Source: a bacterium (lineage in GTDB: Bacteria; Bacillota_I; Bacilli_A; RFN20; CAG-826). Taken from it: a DNA stretch of 64,000 nucleotides. The stretch is taken from NCBI GenBank assembly GCA_963623195.1, contig CAVFKA010000010.1, positions 64,398 through 128,397 of the forward strand, written 5' to 3'. The position numbers and the translations under genes were made by a program. The notes under the pieces were generated by a model. That model worked only from the letters and a program-made list of their open reading frames with translations. It searched no databases and was not told the origin of the DNA. Of this stretch, positions 27,401 through 36,267 are shown piece by piece (the stretch's first letter is position 1; each line of letters starts with the position of its first letter).

Positions 27401-28720
27401 TTATTGAGCGCTATTTGTGTTTGGAGCGATTTTTCTTTCCAAGGTGATTTCTCCTGCCTTAGCAAGAGCGATTTTCGTGGAGATAGGGCCAACGATTTCA
27501 TAGATAAGCGTCGAGGTGAGGATGATTGCAAGAACCATTGCGCCAACGTTTGTTGAGTTACCAAATGAAACGGAAGCGGTGGAGGCTAAGCCAATAGCAA
27601 CACCAGCTTGAGGGACTAAGCAGAATCCTAAGAATTTTTGAACGGTAGGCTCGGCTCTTGTGATTTTTGCCGCGCCAAATGTTCCAACCCATTTTCCAGC
27701 AAAACGCATGGTGGCATATATAAGAGCCAAAGCAAGAACAATCAAACCGGTTGATGAGGCAAAGACGCTTAAATCAAGGGAAGCGCCAGAAAGAACGAAG
27801 AAGAGCATATAGACCGGAGAGGTGAATCTGTCCATGAAATCGAAGGTGACAGCCGCATCTTTTTGGAAATTGGCGAATATTGCTCCAGCAGCCATACAAA
27901 TAAGCAAGCTAGAAAGCTCAAATGATCCCATGAAGCTTTGTTGGAAGAGATAATAAAGACCTAAAGCGGCAAAAACGGTAACAATGACCCAAATGAGTCT
28001 GTTCGTTCTACTCTTGAAGAAATGAGACATTCCTGCAACGATGAAACCGAGAACTGAACCAAGGCCTAAGGAAATAAGAATTTCGATAATTGGCTTTGCT
28101 AACATCTCATATAAGTCAAAACCATTTCCAAGGGCCAATGCTTTAGCAATCTGGTAGAGAATTGCATACAAAATCAAGGCTGCCGCATCATCTAAGGCGA
28201 CGACAGGCAATAAGGTTTGAGTGACAGGGCCATGGGCCTTATATTGTTTGACGACCATCAAGGTTGCGGCAGGAGCCGTAGCAGCGGCAATCGCGCCAAG
28301 AGTCAAAGCCAAAGGCAAAGAGACGGCATCAGGCCAAATGAAATGAAGAAGAATCAAAGATAAGGCGACAACGAGGGATCCGCCTAATGCTTCAAAGATG
28401 GTGATTACGATGACCTTTTTGCCAACTTGCTTAAGAACGTTGGCTTTGAAAGATGAACCAATTGAGAAAGCGATGAATCCTAAGGCAACATTAGAAACCC
28501 AGGATAATTCTTTGACGAATGAGTATATTGGAGAGGAAGGATCTCCCGCTTTGGCGAAATCAAATCCATTGAAGAACAAACCAAAGACGAATGGACCCAT
28601 GATGATACCGGTGATGATATAGCCAGTAACATTAGGCAATTTGATTTTCTTCATCAAACGCGTTGAAAGAAGGCCCGCGCAAAAAAGAGCGGCGATATAA
28701 AGATATATGTAGATATTCAT
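27401..28720 (-). CDS. Cation:proton antiporter (CPA2-like Na+/K+-H+ exchanger), membrane domain only
   Basis: About 12 TM helices. The N-terminus LPNVTGYIITGIIMGP is typical of the Na_H_Exchanger family. There is no RCK/TrkA domain. Confidence 0.8.
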   Translation of the reverse strand: MNIYIYLYIAALFCAGLLSTRLMKKIKLPNVTGYIITGIIMGPFVFGLFFNGFDFAKAGDPSSPIYSFVKELSWVSNVALGFIAFSIGSSFKANVLKQVGKKVIVITIFEALGGSLVVALSLILLHFIWPDAVSLPLALTLGAIAAATAPAATLMVVKQYKAHGPVTQTLLPVVALDDAAALILYAILYQIAKALALGNGFDLYEMLAKPIIEILISLGLGSVLGFIVAGMSHFFKSRTNRLIWVIVTVFAALGLYYLFQQSFMGSFELSSLLICMAAGAIFANFQKDAAVTFDFMDRFTSPVYMLFFVLSGASLDLSVFASSTGLIVLALALIYATMRFAGKWVGTFGAAKITRAEPTVQKFLGFCLVPQAGVAIGLASTASVSFGNSTNVGAMVLAIILTSTLIYEIVGPISTKIALAKAGEITLERKIAPNTNSAQ

Positions 28721-29049
28721 TAAATGGTACCTTCGAAATCTTCGACTTTCTTTGTAAACATTCCGCCTTTGACTTTCTTGAAATCATTCGTGTGGGAACG
28801 AATTTCATTCTTCAAATCTTCGACTTTTTCTTCGTCGACAAGGAACATTGTGACCGTTGATTCACGGTTATTGAGCATATCCCAGTTCATCAATGAGAAG
28901 AAATGCGTTTCTTCCACTTGAGAATCGATAGCATGTCTGACGGAAATGGTTTCTAACATCGTTCCATTGAAACCCTTTTCCTTTACTGATGAGAGAACTT
29001 CAACTGCGATAGGGGAATTCTCCAAGAAGAGATATAAGATACGTTTCAT
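28720..29049 (-). CDS. Small cytoplasmic protein translationally coupled to the antiporter (PII/DarA-like size and beta-alpha-beta pattern; function unknown)
   Basis: 109 aa. The TAATG stop/start overlap is at 28720. The beta-alpha-beta pattern is KRILYLFLENSPIAVEVLSSVKEKGFNGTMLET...TVTMFLVDEEKVEDLKNEI. Confidence 0.5.
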   Translation of the reverse strand: MKRILYLFLENSPIAVEVLSSVKEKGFNGTMLETISVRHAIDSQVEETHFFSLMNWDMLNNRESTVTMFLVDEEKVEDLKNEIRSHTNDFKKVKGGMFTKKVEDFEGTI

Positions 29050-29100
29050 ATTACGTTACCTCGCTTAACTTCGATATTATAGAACTCTTTTTCCTAAGAT

Positions 29101-29115
29101 GTTACTAGAAGTAAC
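29101..29115. promoter_or_regulatory. Perfect palindrome GTTACT-aga-AGTAAC in a divergent intergenic region
   Basis: Read directly from the sequence. It lies between the antiporter operon and the HMA gene. Confidence 0.3.
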
Positions 29116-29186
29116 TTTCTAATCATTAAATTTGCAATAAAATAAGCAAGGTTTAAACTATATGTATATCTAGTTAGGAGAAAAAC

Positions 29187-29456
29187 ATGGCAGAAAATTT
29201 AATTGAATACATTCTTGGGGTAGAGGGAATGAAATGCGGGATGTGCGAATCCCACGTCAATGACGTCGTTAGAAGAGTAGAAGGAGTTAAGAAAGTAAAT
29301 TCCTCACATACTAAAAACAATTGCGTTGTCATAATGGAAGGAAATGCTTCAAAAGAAGCAATCAAGGAAGCAATAACTTCACAAGGGTACCGCGTCCTTT
29401 CTGAGCAAGAGAGGCCATACGTGAAGAAGTCTTTCTTCTCCATTTTCAAAAAATAA
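29187..29456 (+). CDS. Heavy-metal-associated (HMA) domain metallochaperone, CopZ-like
   Basis: GMKCGMCESHV (MxCxxC) in a ferredoxin-like fold pattern. Confidence 0.8.
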   Translation: MAENLIEYILGVEGMKCGMCESHVNDVVRRVEGVKKVNSSHTKNNCVVIMEGNASKEAIKEAITSQGYRVLSEQERPYVKKSFFSIFKK

Positions 29457-29470
29457 GCGACCCATATAGC

Positions 29471-29505
29471 AAAAAACGCCATCGAGAGATGACGTTTTCT
29501 TTTCA
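29471..29505. terminator. Probable bidirectional terminator
   Basis: AACGCCATC-gaga-GATGACGTT (one mismatch) flanked by A6 and a T-run, between convergent genes. Confidence 0.5.
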
Positions 29506-29742
29506 TTCGTTTTCTACTTTGCAACACCCACTACACTGATGACATTTCTTAGCTTCTTTAGCTTTTCTTTTCTCATCAGCTTTCTTTTGGATCTTGTAAA
29601 GCTTGATTAATTCTTTCTTTGTAAGATGAGGTTCATCAGAAAGAATTGGATGTCCCTTTCTTTTTTCAATGATGAAGTAAATTATTACTCCAATGAAAGC
29701 AAGAATGACCATCGCGAATACGACATATCCAGCCCATTCCAT
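29503..29742 (-). CDS. FeoB-associated Cys-rich membrane protein
   Basis: An N-terminal TM helix, a Lys-rich linker and C-terminal CHQCSGCC. It lies directly downstream of feoB. Confidence 0.7.
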   Translation of the reverse strand: MEWAGYVVFAMVILAFIGVIIYFIIEKRKGHPILSDEPHLTKKELIKLYKIQKKADEKRKAKEAKKCHQCSGCCKVENE

Positions 29743-29777
29743 AATAAACCTCCTTTCTTATAAAGATATTAATGGTA

Positions 29778-32099
29778 TTAAGCGGCAAGAGCTTCTTTAG
29801 CTTTGACGTGTCTGTCCCAAAGGAAGAGACCGACTCCACCAAGGATGATGATACCGACAGGAATTGCCCATCCCCATGCGGCCCAATTGAAGGTGACGTA
29901 TGTGAGACATCCTAATGCATATGAAGTGCCAATCCAGAAGAGAATTGTCCAAAGGATTGAGAATTTTCCAGGCAATTCGCCTTTTGCTGTACCAATTGAG
30001 GCAAAGCATGGGATAGTTGTCATATTGAAGACGGCGAAAGCGACTAATGAAGCGGTAGTGATGTTACCACCTGTTGCGTTAGCGGCATTGATAATTGCTT
30101 GTAAGCCTTCGAGACCTTCTTCAGTTTCGGTGCCAACGGCTGTTGCTAATTGGGTAAGTGTGGCAACGACATTTTCTTTTGCGACGATACCTTGGATGGA
30201 TGCGACCGCGAATGTCCAGCCATATTGACCACCTTGGACATTACCGAATCCCATAGGGACAAAGAGTGGTGATAGGAATCTTCCGATATAGGCGAGTATT
30301 GAATCGGATACGCCTAATTCCTCATGCATGTCGATGAATTGGAAGGTTGGGGAGAAGCTGGATAAGAACCAGATGATGACAGAAGAAGCAAAGATGATGG
30401 TGAATGCTTTCTTGATGTAGTGTTTTCCTCTATCCCAAACATGTAAGGCAAGGGCTTGGAATTGTGGAGCGTGGTAGGCAGGTAATTCCATGATGAATGG
30501 AGGAACCTTCTCACGTTGAGTCGTTTTGTTCATGACGATGACTGCGGCTATGGCGACAATGACGCCAAAGAGGTAGATCAAGAAGGTGAACAAGCCTTGA
30601 TCAAGCGAAGTTGCAGCAGCAACCGCAGCAGCGATCGTAACTAAGAATTCAGCTTTAGCTCCGCAAGTGAAGAAAGGAATTGCACGGATTGTTTTTGTTC
30701 TTTCCTTATCGGAGGCAAGGGTTCTAGTGTTAATCATGGCAGGAACACCACAACCAAATCCCATGACCATAGGTAAGAAGGCTCTTCCAGAGACGCCAAA
30801 GCGGCGGAAGATTCTATCAAGAACGAAGGCGATACGTGCCATATATCCGCTATCTTCAAGAAGAGAGAAGAAGGCGAATAAGAGAAGAATTTGAGGGACA
30901 AATCCCAAAACTGATGAGATACCGTTGAGTACGCCATCATAGATGAATCCAATTAACCATTCAGGTGAATTCCATAAGGTTAAGAGTTGTTTGATACCAA
31001 TACAAATCATACCTTGGATACCGGCATCGTTGCCTGCACCAAGTAAGCCTTGTAAGATCGCACCAGGTGAATTGATGCCATCTGCGGTATAGAAGAGTTC
31101 GGCAAATGGGTAGAATTCCTCTCCATCGACGGTCCAGTGGATCAAACCTTGATATCCTTCGCCAAAGTTAACGCCCATAGCGCCTAGATAGAACAAATCT
31201 CCGGCGAATACAAGGTGGAATATTAAGAATAGAAGGACGATCATAATCGGTATGGCAGCCCATTTATTGGTCAAAACCTTATCGATCTTGTCGGATCTAG
31301 AGAGTTTCTTCTTTTCTTGAGTGACTCCGCCTTTGCGGTGGATTGCTAGTTTAGTGGTAATGAACTTATAACGCTTATCGGCGGTGTCTGCTTCATATTC
31401 CTCTGGATTAGCTAGAGGTTCGACACCTTCATAAGCATGTTGGTTCTTTTCTTTTTCGATTTCATCGCCTTCAAGGGCTTTAATCGCATGGAAACGAGGA
31501 TCGGCAATGCCATCACCCTCATATTCTTTCATGGCTTTTTCGATGATTTCCTCATCCTCTTTTGAGGCCCAAAGAGAAACGCCTTTACGTTCTTTTGAAG
31601 CTGTTTTGACGGCTAAATCCATCAATTCATGAAGATTCTTCTTTCTTAAAGCGGAAATCTCAATAACAGGAACACCAAGTTCCTTAGAAAGAGCATCAAC
31701 ATCGATACATTGATTGCTTTCAGCTAGAGCATCGCTCATATTGAGTGCGACGACGACAGGAACGTTCATCTCAAGGATCTGAGTGGTCATATAAAGATTA
31801 CGTTCAAGGTTTGTTGCATCAAGGACGTTGATTACTAAATCTGGTTTCTCCTCAAGAATGTAGTTTCTAGAGATTACTTCTTCTGGGGTATAAGGGGAAA
31901 GGGAATAAATACCTGGAAGGTCTACGATTTCGATTCCTTCCTTGCTACCTTTCTTCTTGTAGGTTCCAGATCTTTTCTCGACTGTGACACCAGGCCAGTT
32001 ACCAACGTATGCGCTGCTTCCTGTCAAAGAGTTGAAGAGGGTGGTCTTACCACAGTTAGGGTTGCCAGCTAGGCAAAATCTCAATGTTTTCTCAGCCAT
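29778..32099 (-). CDS. feoB: Ferrous iron transporter FeoB
   Basis: G-domain GNPNCGKTTLFN, DLPG, NMSD, then the polytopic permease. The start follows GGAGG by 8 nt. Confidence 0.95.
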   Translation of the reverse strand: MAEKTLRFCLAGNPNCGKTTLFNSLTGSSAYVGNWPGVTVEKRSGTYKKKGSKEGIEIVDLPGIYSLSPYTPEEVISRNYILEEKPDLVINVLDATNLERNLYMTTQILEMNVPVVVALNMSDALAESNQCIDVDALSKELGVPVIEISALRKKNLHELMDLAVKTASKERKGVSLWASKEDEEIIEKAMKEYEGDGIADPRFHAIKALEGDEIEKEKNQHAYEGVEPLANPEEYEADTADKRYKFITTKLAIHRKGGVTQEKKKLSRSDKIDKVLTNKWAAIPIMIVLLFLIFHLVFAGDLFYLGAMGVNFGEGYQGLIHWTVDGEEFYPFAELFYTADGINSPGAILQGLLGAGNDAGIQGMICIGIKQLLTLWNSPEWLIGFIYDGVLNGISSVLGFVPQILLLFAFFSLLEDSGYMARIAFVLDRIFRRFGVSGRAFLPMVMGFGCGVPAMINTRTLASDKERTKTIRAIPFFTCGAKAEFLVTIAAAVAAATSLDQGLFTFLIYLFGVIVAIAAVIVMNKTTQREKVPPFIMELPAYHAPQFQALALHVWDRGKHYIKKAFTIIFASSVIIWFLSSFSPTFQFIDMHEELGVSDSILAYIGRFLSPLFVPMGFGNVQGGQYGWTFAVASIQGIVAKENVVATLTQLATAVGTETEEGLEGLQAIINAANATGGNITTASLVAFAVFNMTTIPCFASIGTAKGELPGKFSILWTILFWIGTSYALGCLTYVTFNWAAWGWAIPVGIIILGGVGLFLWDRHVKAKEALAA

Positions 32100-32100
32100 T

Positions 32101-32403
32101 TTATTTTGCCTCCTTTTCTTCAACGCTTAAATCTGTGACTTTGACAATAACGTGTATTGCTTCGTCTTTTCTTAAGGTTAATTCATAACCTCTTAATGTA
32201 ACTTCTAATGGGTCGCCAAGCGGAGCCTTCTTTCTTAAGAAAACTTCAGCACCAGGAGTCAAACCCATATCGAAGATACGTCTTTTGATTCTTCCTTCTC
32301 CCTCAATTCTAACGATGTCTCCAGACATTCCAATTTTAAGGGATGACAAAGGAAGTTCGTCACCTAAACCGATTTGTTCAGGCTCAAGTTCTTTTTCTTC
32401 CAT
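32101..32403 (-). CDS. feoA: FeoA-domain protein
   Basis: SH3-like FeoA pattern (RIFDMGLTPGAEVFLRKKAPLGDPLEVTLRGYELTLRKDEA). Confidence 0.85.
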   Translation of the reverse strand: MEEKELEPEQIGLGDELPLSSLKIGMSGDIVRIEGEGRIKRRIFDMGLTPGAEVFLRKKAPLGDPLEVTLRGYELTLRKDEAIHVIVKVTDLSVEEKEAK

Positions 32404-32432
32404 AAATAATTTCCTACGCTTCTTATAAAGAT

Positions 32433-32651
32433 TTAGTTAGTTTCAACAATGATGTTTCTTGCGACATTCTTATCAAGAGCAAGTCTAGTCTCTCCAACAC
32501 GAACGATAATTCCACTCTCAGTATGAGAAAGAAGCCTTATTATCGTGTTTGGAACCAATCCTAGTTCTCTAAGATGTTTGCAAGTTTTGTCATTTCCAAC
32601 AATTCTGACGATTGTTAGATCTGTATCTACTGGCGCAATCATTATAGGCAT
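32433..32651 (-). CDS. feoA: FeoA-domain protein
   Basis: HLRELGLVPNTIIRLLSHTESGIIVRVGETRLALDKNVA. Confidence 0.85.
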   Translation of the reverse strand: MPIMIAPVDTDLTIVRIVGNDKTCKHLRELGLVPNTIIRLLSHTESGIIVRVGETRLALDKNVARNIIVETN

Positions 32652-32707
32652 AGTTAGTTACTCCTTATGCAATGATTATATGCGTATAAATTTTCAAATC
32701 AAGAAAA

Positions 32708-32725
32708 AGTTAGTTCCACTTAACT
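32708..32725. promoter_or_regulatory. Weak inverted repeat AGTTA-N8-TAACT in the feoA/dtxR divergent region (candidate metalloregulator operator)
   Basis: Seen in the sequence. The arms are only 5 bp. Confidence 0.2.
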
Positions 32726-32774
32726 AAAAAAATGGTTAGAATATTATTACTCAGTTAAAAAGAGAGGTATTTTT

Positions 32775-33149
32775 ATGGCAATTGATGCGTTAGAATCAGC
32801 AGAAGACTATTTAGAGAGAATCCTTATGTTGCAAGAAAGCGGAATGAAAGAAATTCACGCTGTCGATCTTGCTTCCTCATTTGGATATTCGAAAGCGTCT
32901 ATCTCAATCGCTTTACATAAATTAGAGGAGAAGGGCTATGTCGCTCTTGGCCTTAGAAGCCAACTTTATCTAACACCAGCCGGATACGATATCGCAAAGA
33001 AGGTTTACGATAAGCACCAAACCATCTCCGCTTGGCTTATCTCGATTGGCGTTTCTAAGGAAACTGCCCTTAAAGACGCATGCCGTATGGAACACTTCAT
33101 TTCCGATGAAACCTACGAAGCATTAAAGAAACAAATCGAGAACAAATAA
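32775..33149 (+). CDS. DtxR/MntR-family metal-dependent repressor (short form)
   Basis: SAEDYLERILML..., wHTH LASSFGYSKASISIALHKLEEKGYV, and CRMEHFIS metal-site region. It is divergent from the feo operon. Confidence 0.8.
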   Translation: MAIDALESAEDYLERILMLQESGMKEIHAVDLASSFGYSKASISIALHKLEEKGYVALGLRSQLYLTPAGYDIAKKVYDKHQTISAWLISIGVSKETALKDACRMEHFISDETYEALKKQIENK

Positions 33150-33167
33150 AAATCTTAAATAAGAATT

Positions 33168-33190
33168 AGACCGTTCATCGGTCTTTTTTC
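33168..33190 (+). terminator. Rho-independent terminator
   Basis: AGACCG-ttcat-CGGTCT plus T6. Confidence 0.85.
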
Positions 33191-33295
33191 TTACCTAAAA
33201 TTAATTACCCCTTTAATTTTTCTAAAATAAGACTACACTTTATAAGTAATAAGTGAAGTCCTTATTACATAGTTAATGAAAGAAGGATTTTTAAA

Positions 33296-34576
33296 ATGTC
33301 AACTCTCGCGATTCAAGGTATGCAATGGGGCGATGAAGGAAAAGGAAAGGTAACCGATTATTTTTCTTCACGCGCTGATGTGGTCGTTCGTTCACAAGGC
33401 GGAAATAACGCCGGACACTCTATCGTATATGGTGGAAAAAGATACGCTTTAAGACTTTTGCCATCAGGCGTATTTCATAAAGAGACCACAAATGTTCTTG
33501 CAGATGGAGTCACGATCAATCCTATTGCTTTGATTGAAGAACTTGATTCCTTAAATGAACAAGGCATCAAAGATATCAAACTTCTCATTTCCAATCGTGC
33601 GACGATTCTTATGCCATACCATATTGCTTTAGATAAGGCTAGAGAAGAAGCACTTGGCAACGCCAAAATTGGAACAACTGGCAAAGGAATCGGTCCTTCC
33701 TATGAAGATAAGGCGTCACGTTTAGGCTTAAGAATGGGCGACATTCTTGATAAAGAATACCTTCGAGTTAGATTAGAAGAAGTTCTTCCGTTGAAAAATC
33801 TCGAACTTAAAGCTTTTGGCGCAAAAGAATATACGGTTGATGAACTTCTTGAATACCTTGAAGTGGCAAGAAAACGTTTATCTTCTTTGATAACCGATAC
33901 ATCCTTATATTTAGAAGGAGCCATCAAAGAGGGAAAGAGAGTTCTTTTCGAAGGTGCCCAAGGGGCCATGCTTTGTATCACGCATGGCACATACCCATAT
34001 GTCACCTCCTCTTCCCCATTAGCTACGGCAATCCCACTTAATACAGGACTTCCTTTAGATTCCATTAACACAATATGCGGTATCACTAAAGCATATTGCA
34101 CTCGTGTTGGTGCTGGTCCATTCCCTTCAGAAATTGAAGGAGAAGACGCTATTGCCATAAGAGAAAAAGGCCATGAATATGGCACAGTTACCAAACGTCC
34201 AAGAAGGATTGGCTGGTTGGATCTTATGCAACTCAAATACAGCGCACGCATTACTGGCGTTAAATATTCTTCCCTTATGTTGCTTGATGTTCTTTCTTCT
34301 GTTTCTGAATTGAAACTTTGCGTTGGATACAAACTCCATGGAAAAGAAATAGACACAATGCCATCTACTGTCAAAGAAGTTGGAGAAATCGAACCAATTT
34401 ATATCACTCTCCCATCTTGGAAAGAAGATATCTCCAAATGCAAGAGCTTTGAAGAACTTCCTCTCAACGCTCAAAACTATATTAAGAAAATTGAAGAAAT
34501 CACTGGCATCTTCTTTGCCATCATTTCCGTTGGACCGGATAGAGAAGAAACAATCATTCGTAAGGAGCTCTTCTAA
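33296..34576 (+). CDS. purA: Adenylosuccinate synthase
   Basis: QWGDEGKGK, GGNNAGHS, GTTGKGIGP. Confidence 0.95.
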   Translation: MSTLAIQGMQWGDEGKGKVTDYFSSRADVVVRSQGGNNAGHSIVYGGKRYALRLLPSGVFHKETTNVLADGVTINPIALIEELDSLNEQGIKDIKLLISNRATILMPYHIALDKAREEALGNAKIGTTGKGIGPSYEDKASRLGLRMGDILDKEYLRVRLEEVLPLKNLELKAFGAKEYTVDELLEYLEVARKRLSSLITDTSLYLEGAIKEGKRVLFEGAQGAMLCITHGTYPYVTSSSPLATAIPLNTGLPLDSINTICGITKAYCTRVGAGPFPSEIEGEDAIAIREKGHEYGTVTKRPRRIGWLDLMQLKYSARITGVKYSSLMLLDVLSSVSELKLCVGYKLHGKEIDTMPSTVKEVGEIEPIYITLPSWKEDISKCKSFEELPLNAQNYIKKIEEITGIFFAIISVGPDREETIIRKELF

Positions 34577-35871
34577 TGATTGAGCGTTACGCCCCAAAAA
34601 AGATTGAGGAACTCTTTTCCGATGAATCTCGCTTCCAATCCTATCTTGATATCGAAATAGCAGTTGTTGAGGGATGGAATAAGATAGGTGTCGTTCCTTC
34701 CTCTGATTTAGAAAAAATTCAAAAAAACGCAAAAATAAACGTCACACGTATCAAAGAAATCGAAACAATAACGAAACATGACGTCGTTGCTTTCACTCGC
34801 CAAGTCTCAGAAACTTTAGGAGAAGAAAGAAAATGGATCCATTATGGCTTAACCTCAACCGATGTGGTTGATTCAGCTCTTTCTTTAATATACAAAAAAG
34901 CTAACGATATTATCGAAAACGACTACACGTCCCTCATGGATTCCTTAAAAGAGAAGGCTTTGGAATACAAATACCAACCATGTATTGCCCGTACGCATGG
35001 CATGCATGCAGAGGTTTATTCTTTCGGTTTGAAGTTTGCCTCCTTCTATGATGAAGCGGCTCGTTCCTTAGCCCTTTTTAAAGAAGCAAGGAAGCAAGTT
35101 GAAGCTGTAAAGCTCTCTGGAGCAGTAGGGACATATGCAAATATTGACCCACGTGTTGAAGAATACGTTGCCACAAAACTTCATTTGACTAAGCCAAACG
35201 TCTCCACTCAGGTCTTATCTAGAGACAGACATGAGCAATACGCCTCGGCAATGACCATAGGCTCCTCCTTAATTGAGAAAATCGCCGTGGAAATACGTAA
35301 TCTTTCCCGTACGGAAATTGGAGAATTAGAAGAAGGATTCGCCAAAGGACAAAAAGGAAGCAGTGCCATGCCACAGAAAAGAAATCCTATCTCCTCTGAA
35401 AACCTTACTGGCGCGGCAAGAATGATGAGAGGATATCTTCTTCCTATCTTAGAAGATAATGCCTTATATCACGAAAGAGACATTTCTCATTCTATCGTTG
35501 AGAGGGTTTCCCTCATCGATATGATCGAATTGTTCGATTACATGCTCATTCGAATGAAAAAAGTCGTCGATAATCTCTCTATCTTCCCTTCCAAGATGGA
35601 AGAAAACATCATGAAAACACATGGTGCTATCTATTCTCAAAGAGCGATGAACGCTCTCATTGAGAAAGGGTTAACAAGAGAAGAAGCATATGATCTTGTT
35701 CAACCTTTGGCTATGAATTCAGTTACCAAAGGCGAAGATTTCATAAACCAACTTTTAAATAACAAAGAAGTATTGTCTCATTTAAACGAAAAAGATATAA
35801 CTGGACTAACTTCAAACGAATATTATTTTAAAAATATTGATTACATTTATTCAAAAATTGGCATCAAATAA
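34576..35871 (+). CDS. purB: Adenylosuccinate lyase
   Basis: GSSAMPQKRNP signature; TAATG overlap with purA. Confidence 0.95.
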   Translation: MIERYAPKKIEELFSDESRFQSYLDIEIAVVEGWNKIGVVPSSDLEKIQKNAKINVTRIKEIETITKHDVVAFTRQVSETLGEERKWIHYGLTSTDVVDSALSLIYKKANDIIENDYTSLMDSLKEKALEYKYQPCIARTHGMHAEVYSFGLKFASFYDEAARSLALFKEARKQVEAVKLSGAVGTYANIDPRVEEYVATKLHLTKPNVSTQVLSRDRHEQYASAMTIGSSLIEKIAVEIRNLSRTEIGELEEGFAKGQKGSSAMPQKRNPISSENLTGAARMMRGYLLPILEDNALYHERDISHSIVERVSLIDMIELFDYMLIRMKKVVDNLSIFPSKMEENIMKTHGAIYSQRAMNALIEKGLTREEAYDLVQPLAMNSVTKGEDFINQLLNNKEVLSHLNEKDITGLTSNEYYFKNIDYIYSKIGIK

Positions 35872-36004
35872 CTCTTTTTGAATTTCCCTCATATTGGTTA
35901 GCCTTTACAAACTAGTAAAAAGTAAAAGTTTTTTCGCTATTTTTGTGTTTAACTTTCATATATTTACGAAGTAAAATAACTTTGTCTTGAAAGGATTTTT
36001 ACAT

Positions 36005-36253
36005 ATGGAAACGAGTAAAAAAACAGCTCAGGCTTGTATTCGTTGCGCCCGTTGTGTTCAAAAATGCCCATTAGGCCTTAATCCAGTCATGATCATGACG
36101 ACGATGAAGAGTATGCCTGTGGATAAAGCAAAGGTGAAGTTATTAAATCCAACCGTTTGCGATGAATGCAAGAAATGCAACGATGCTTGTCCAAGCAACA
36201 TTGATTTAGCAACAATAGTCAAAAGAGCGAAAGTTGTTGCAAAACTTCCTTAA
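36005..36253 (+). CDS. rnfC: RnfC-type 2x[4Fe-4S] module only (82 aa; no RnfC_N, NADH/FMN or SLBB domains)
   Basis: CIRCARCVQKCPLGLNP...CDECKKCNDACPSNIDL matches the C-terminal RnfC/RsxC cluster region (CIRC..C...CP / C.EC..C...CPSNIPL). Only 133 nt separate it from the purB stop. Confidence 0.75.
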   Translation: METSKKTAQACIRCARCVQKCPLGLNPVMIMTTMKSMPVDKAKVKLLNPTVCDECKKCNDACPSNIDLATIVKRAKVVAKLP

Positions 36254-36267
36254 TATGAGGTGATTTT

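Noticed and set aside
29050-29186. Possible c-di-AMP (ydaO/kimA-type) riboswitch ahead of the antiporter operon
   Set aside because: The leader is too short for that motif and lacks its conserved pseudo-two-fold ACGGGG/CCCGA-type elements. Only a short palindrome is present, and it is listed as a feature.
33191-33295. Possible purine riboswitch upstream of purA
   Set aside because: I looked for the conserved purine-riboswitch core (three-way junction with the U-rich J1-2/J2-3 segments and the CC..GG loop-loop pairing) and did not see it. Only a simple hairpin (GTAATAAG..CTTATTAC) is present, and the region is too short.
33700-34732. Long antisense ORFs (224 aa and 201 aa) opposite purA/purB
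   Set aside because: They lie entirely inside well-supported purA/purB coding sequence on the other strand, and their products have no motifs and odd composition. The same reasoning applies to the other antisense or alternate-frame ORFs inside GH3, FeoB, the 930-aa flavoprotein, gltX and the MATE gene.
35872-36004. Frameshifted or decayed N-terminal part of rnfC upstream of the 82-aa stub
   Set aside because: Only about 130 nt of AT-rich non-coding sequence lie between the purB stop and the rnfC' start. There is no room for remnants of the ~350-aa missing region, so this is a clean truncation rather than a pseudogene.
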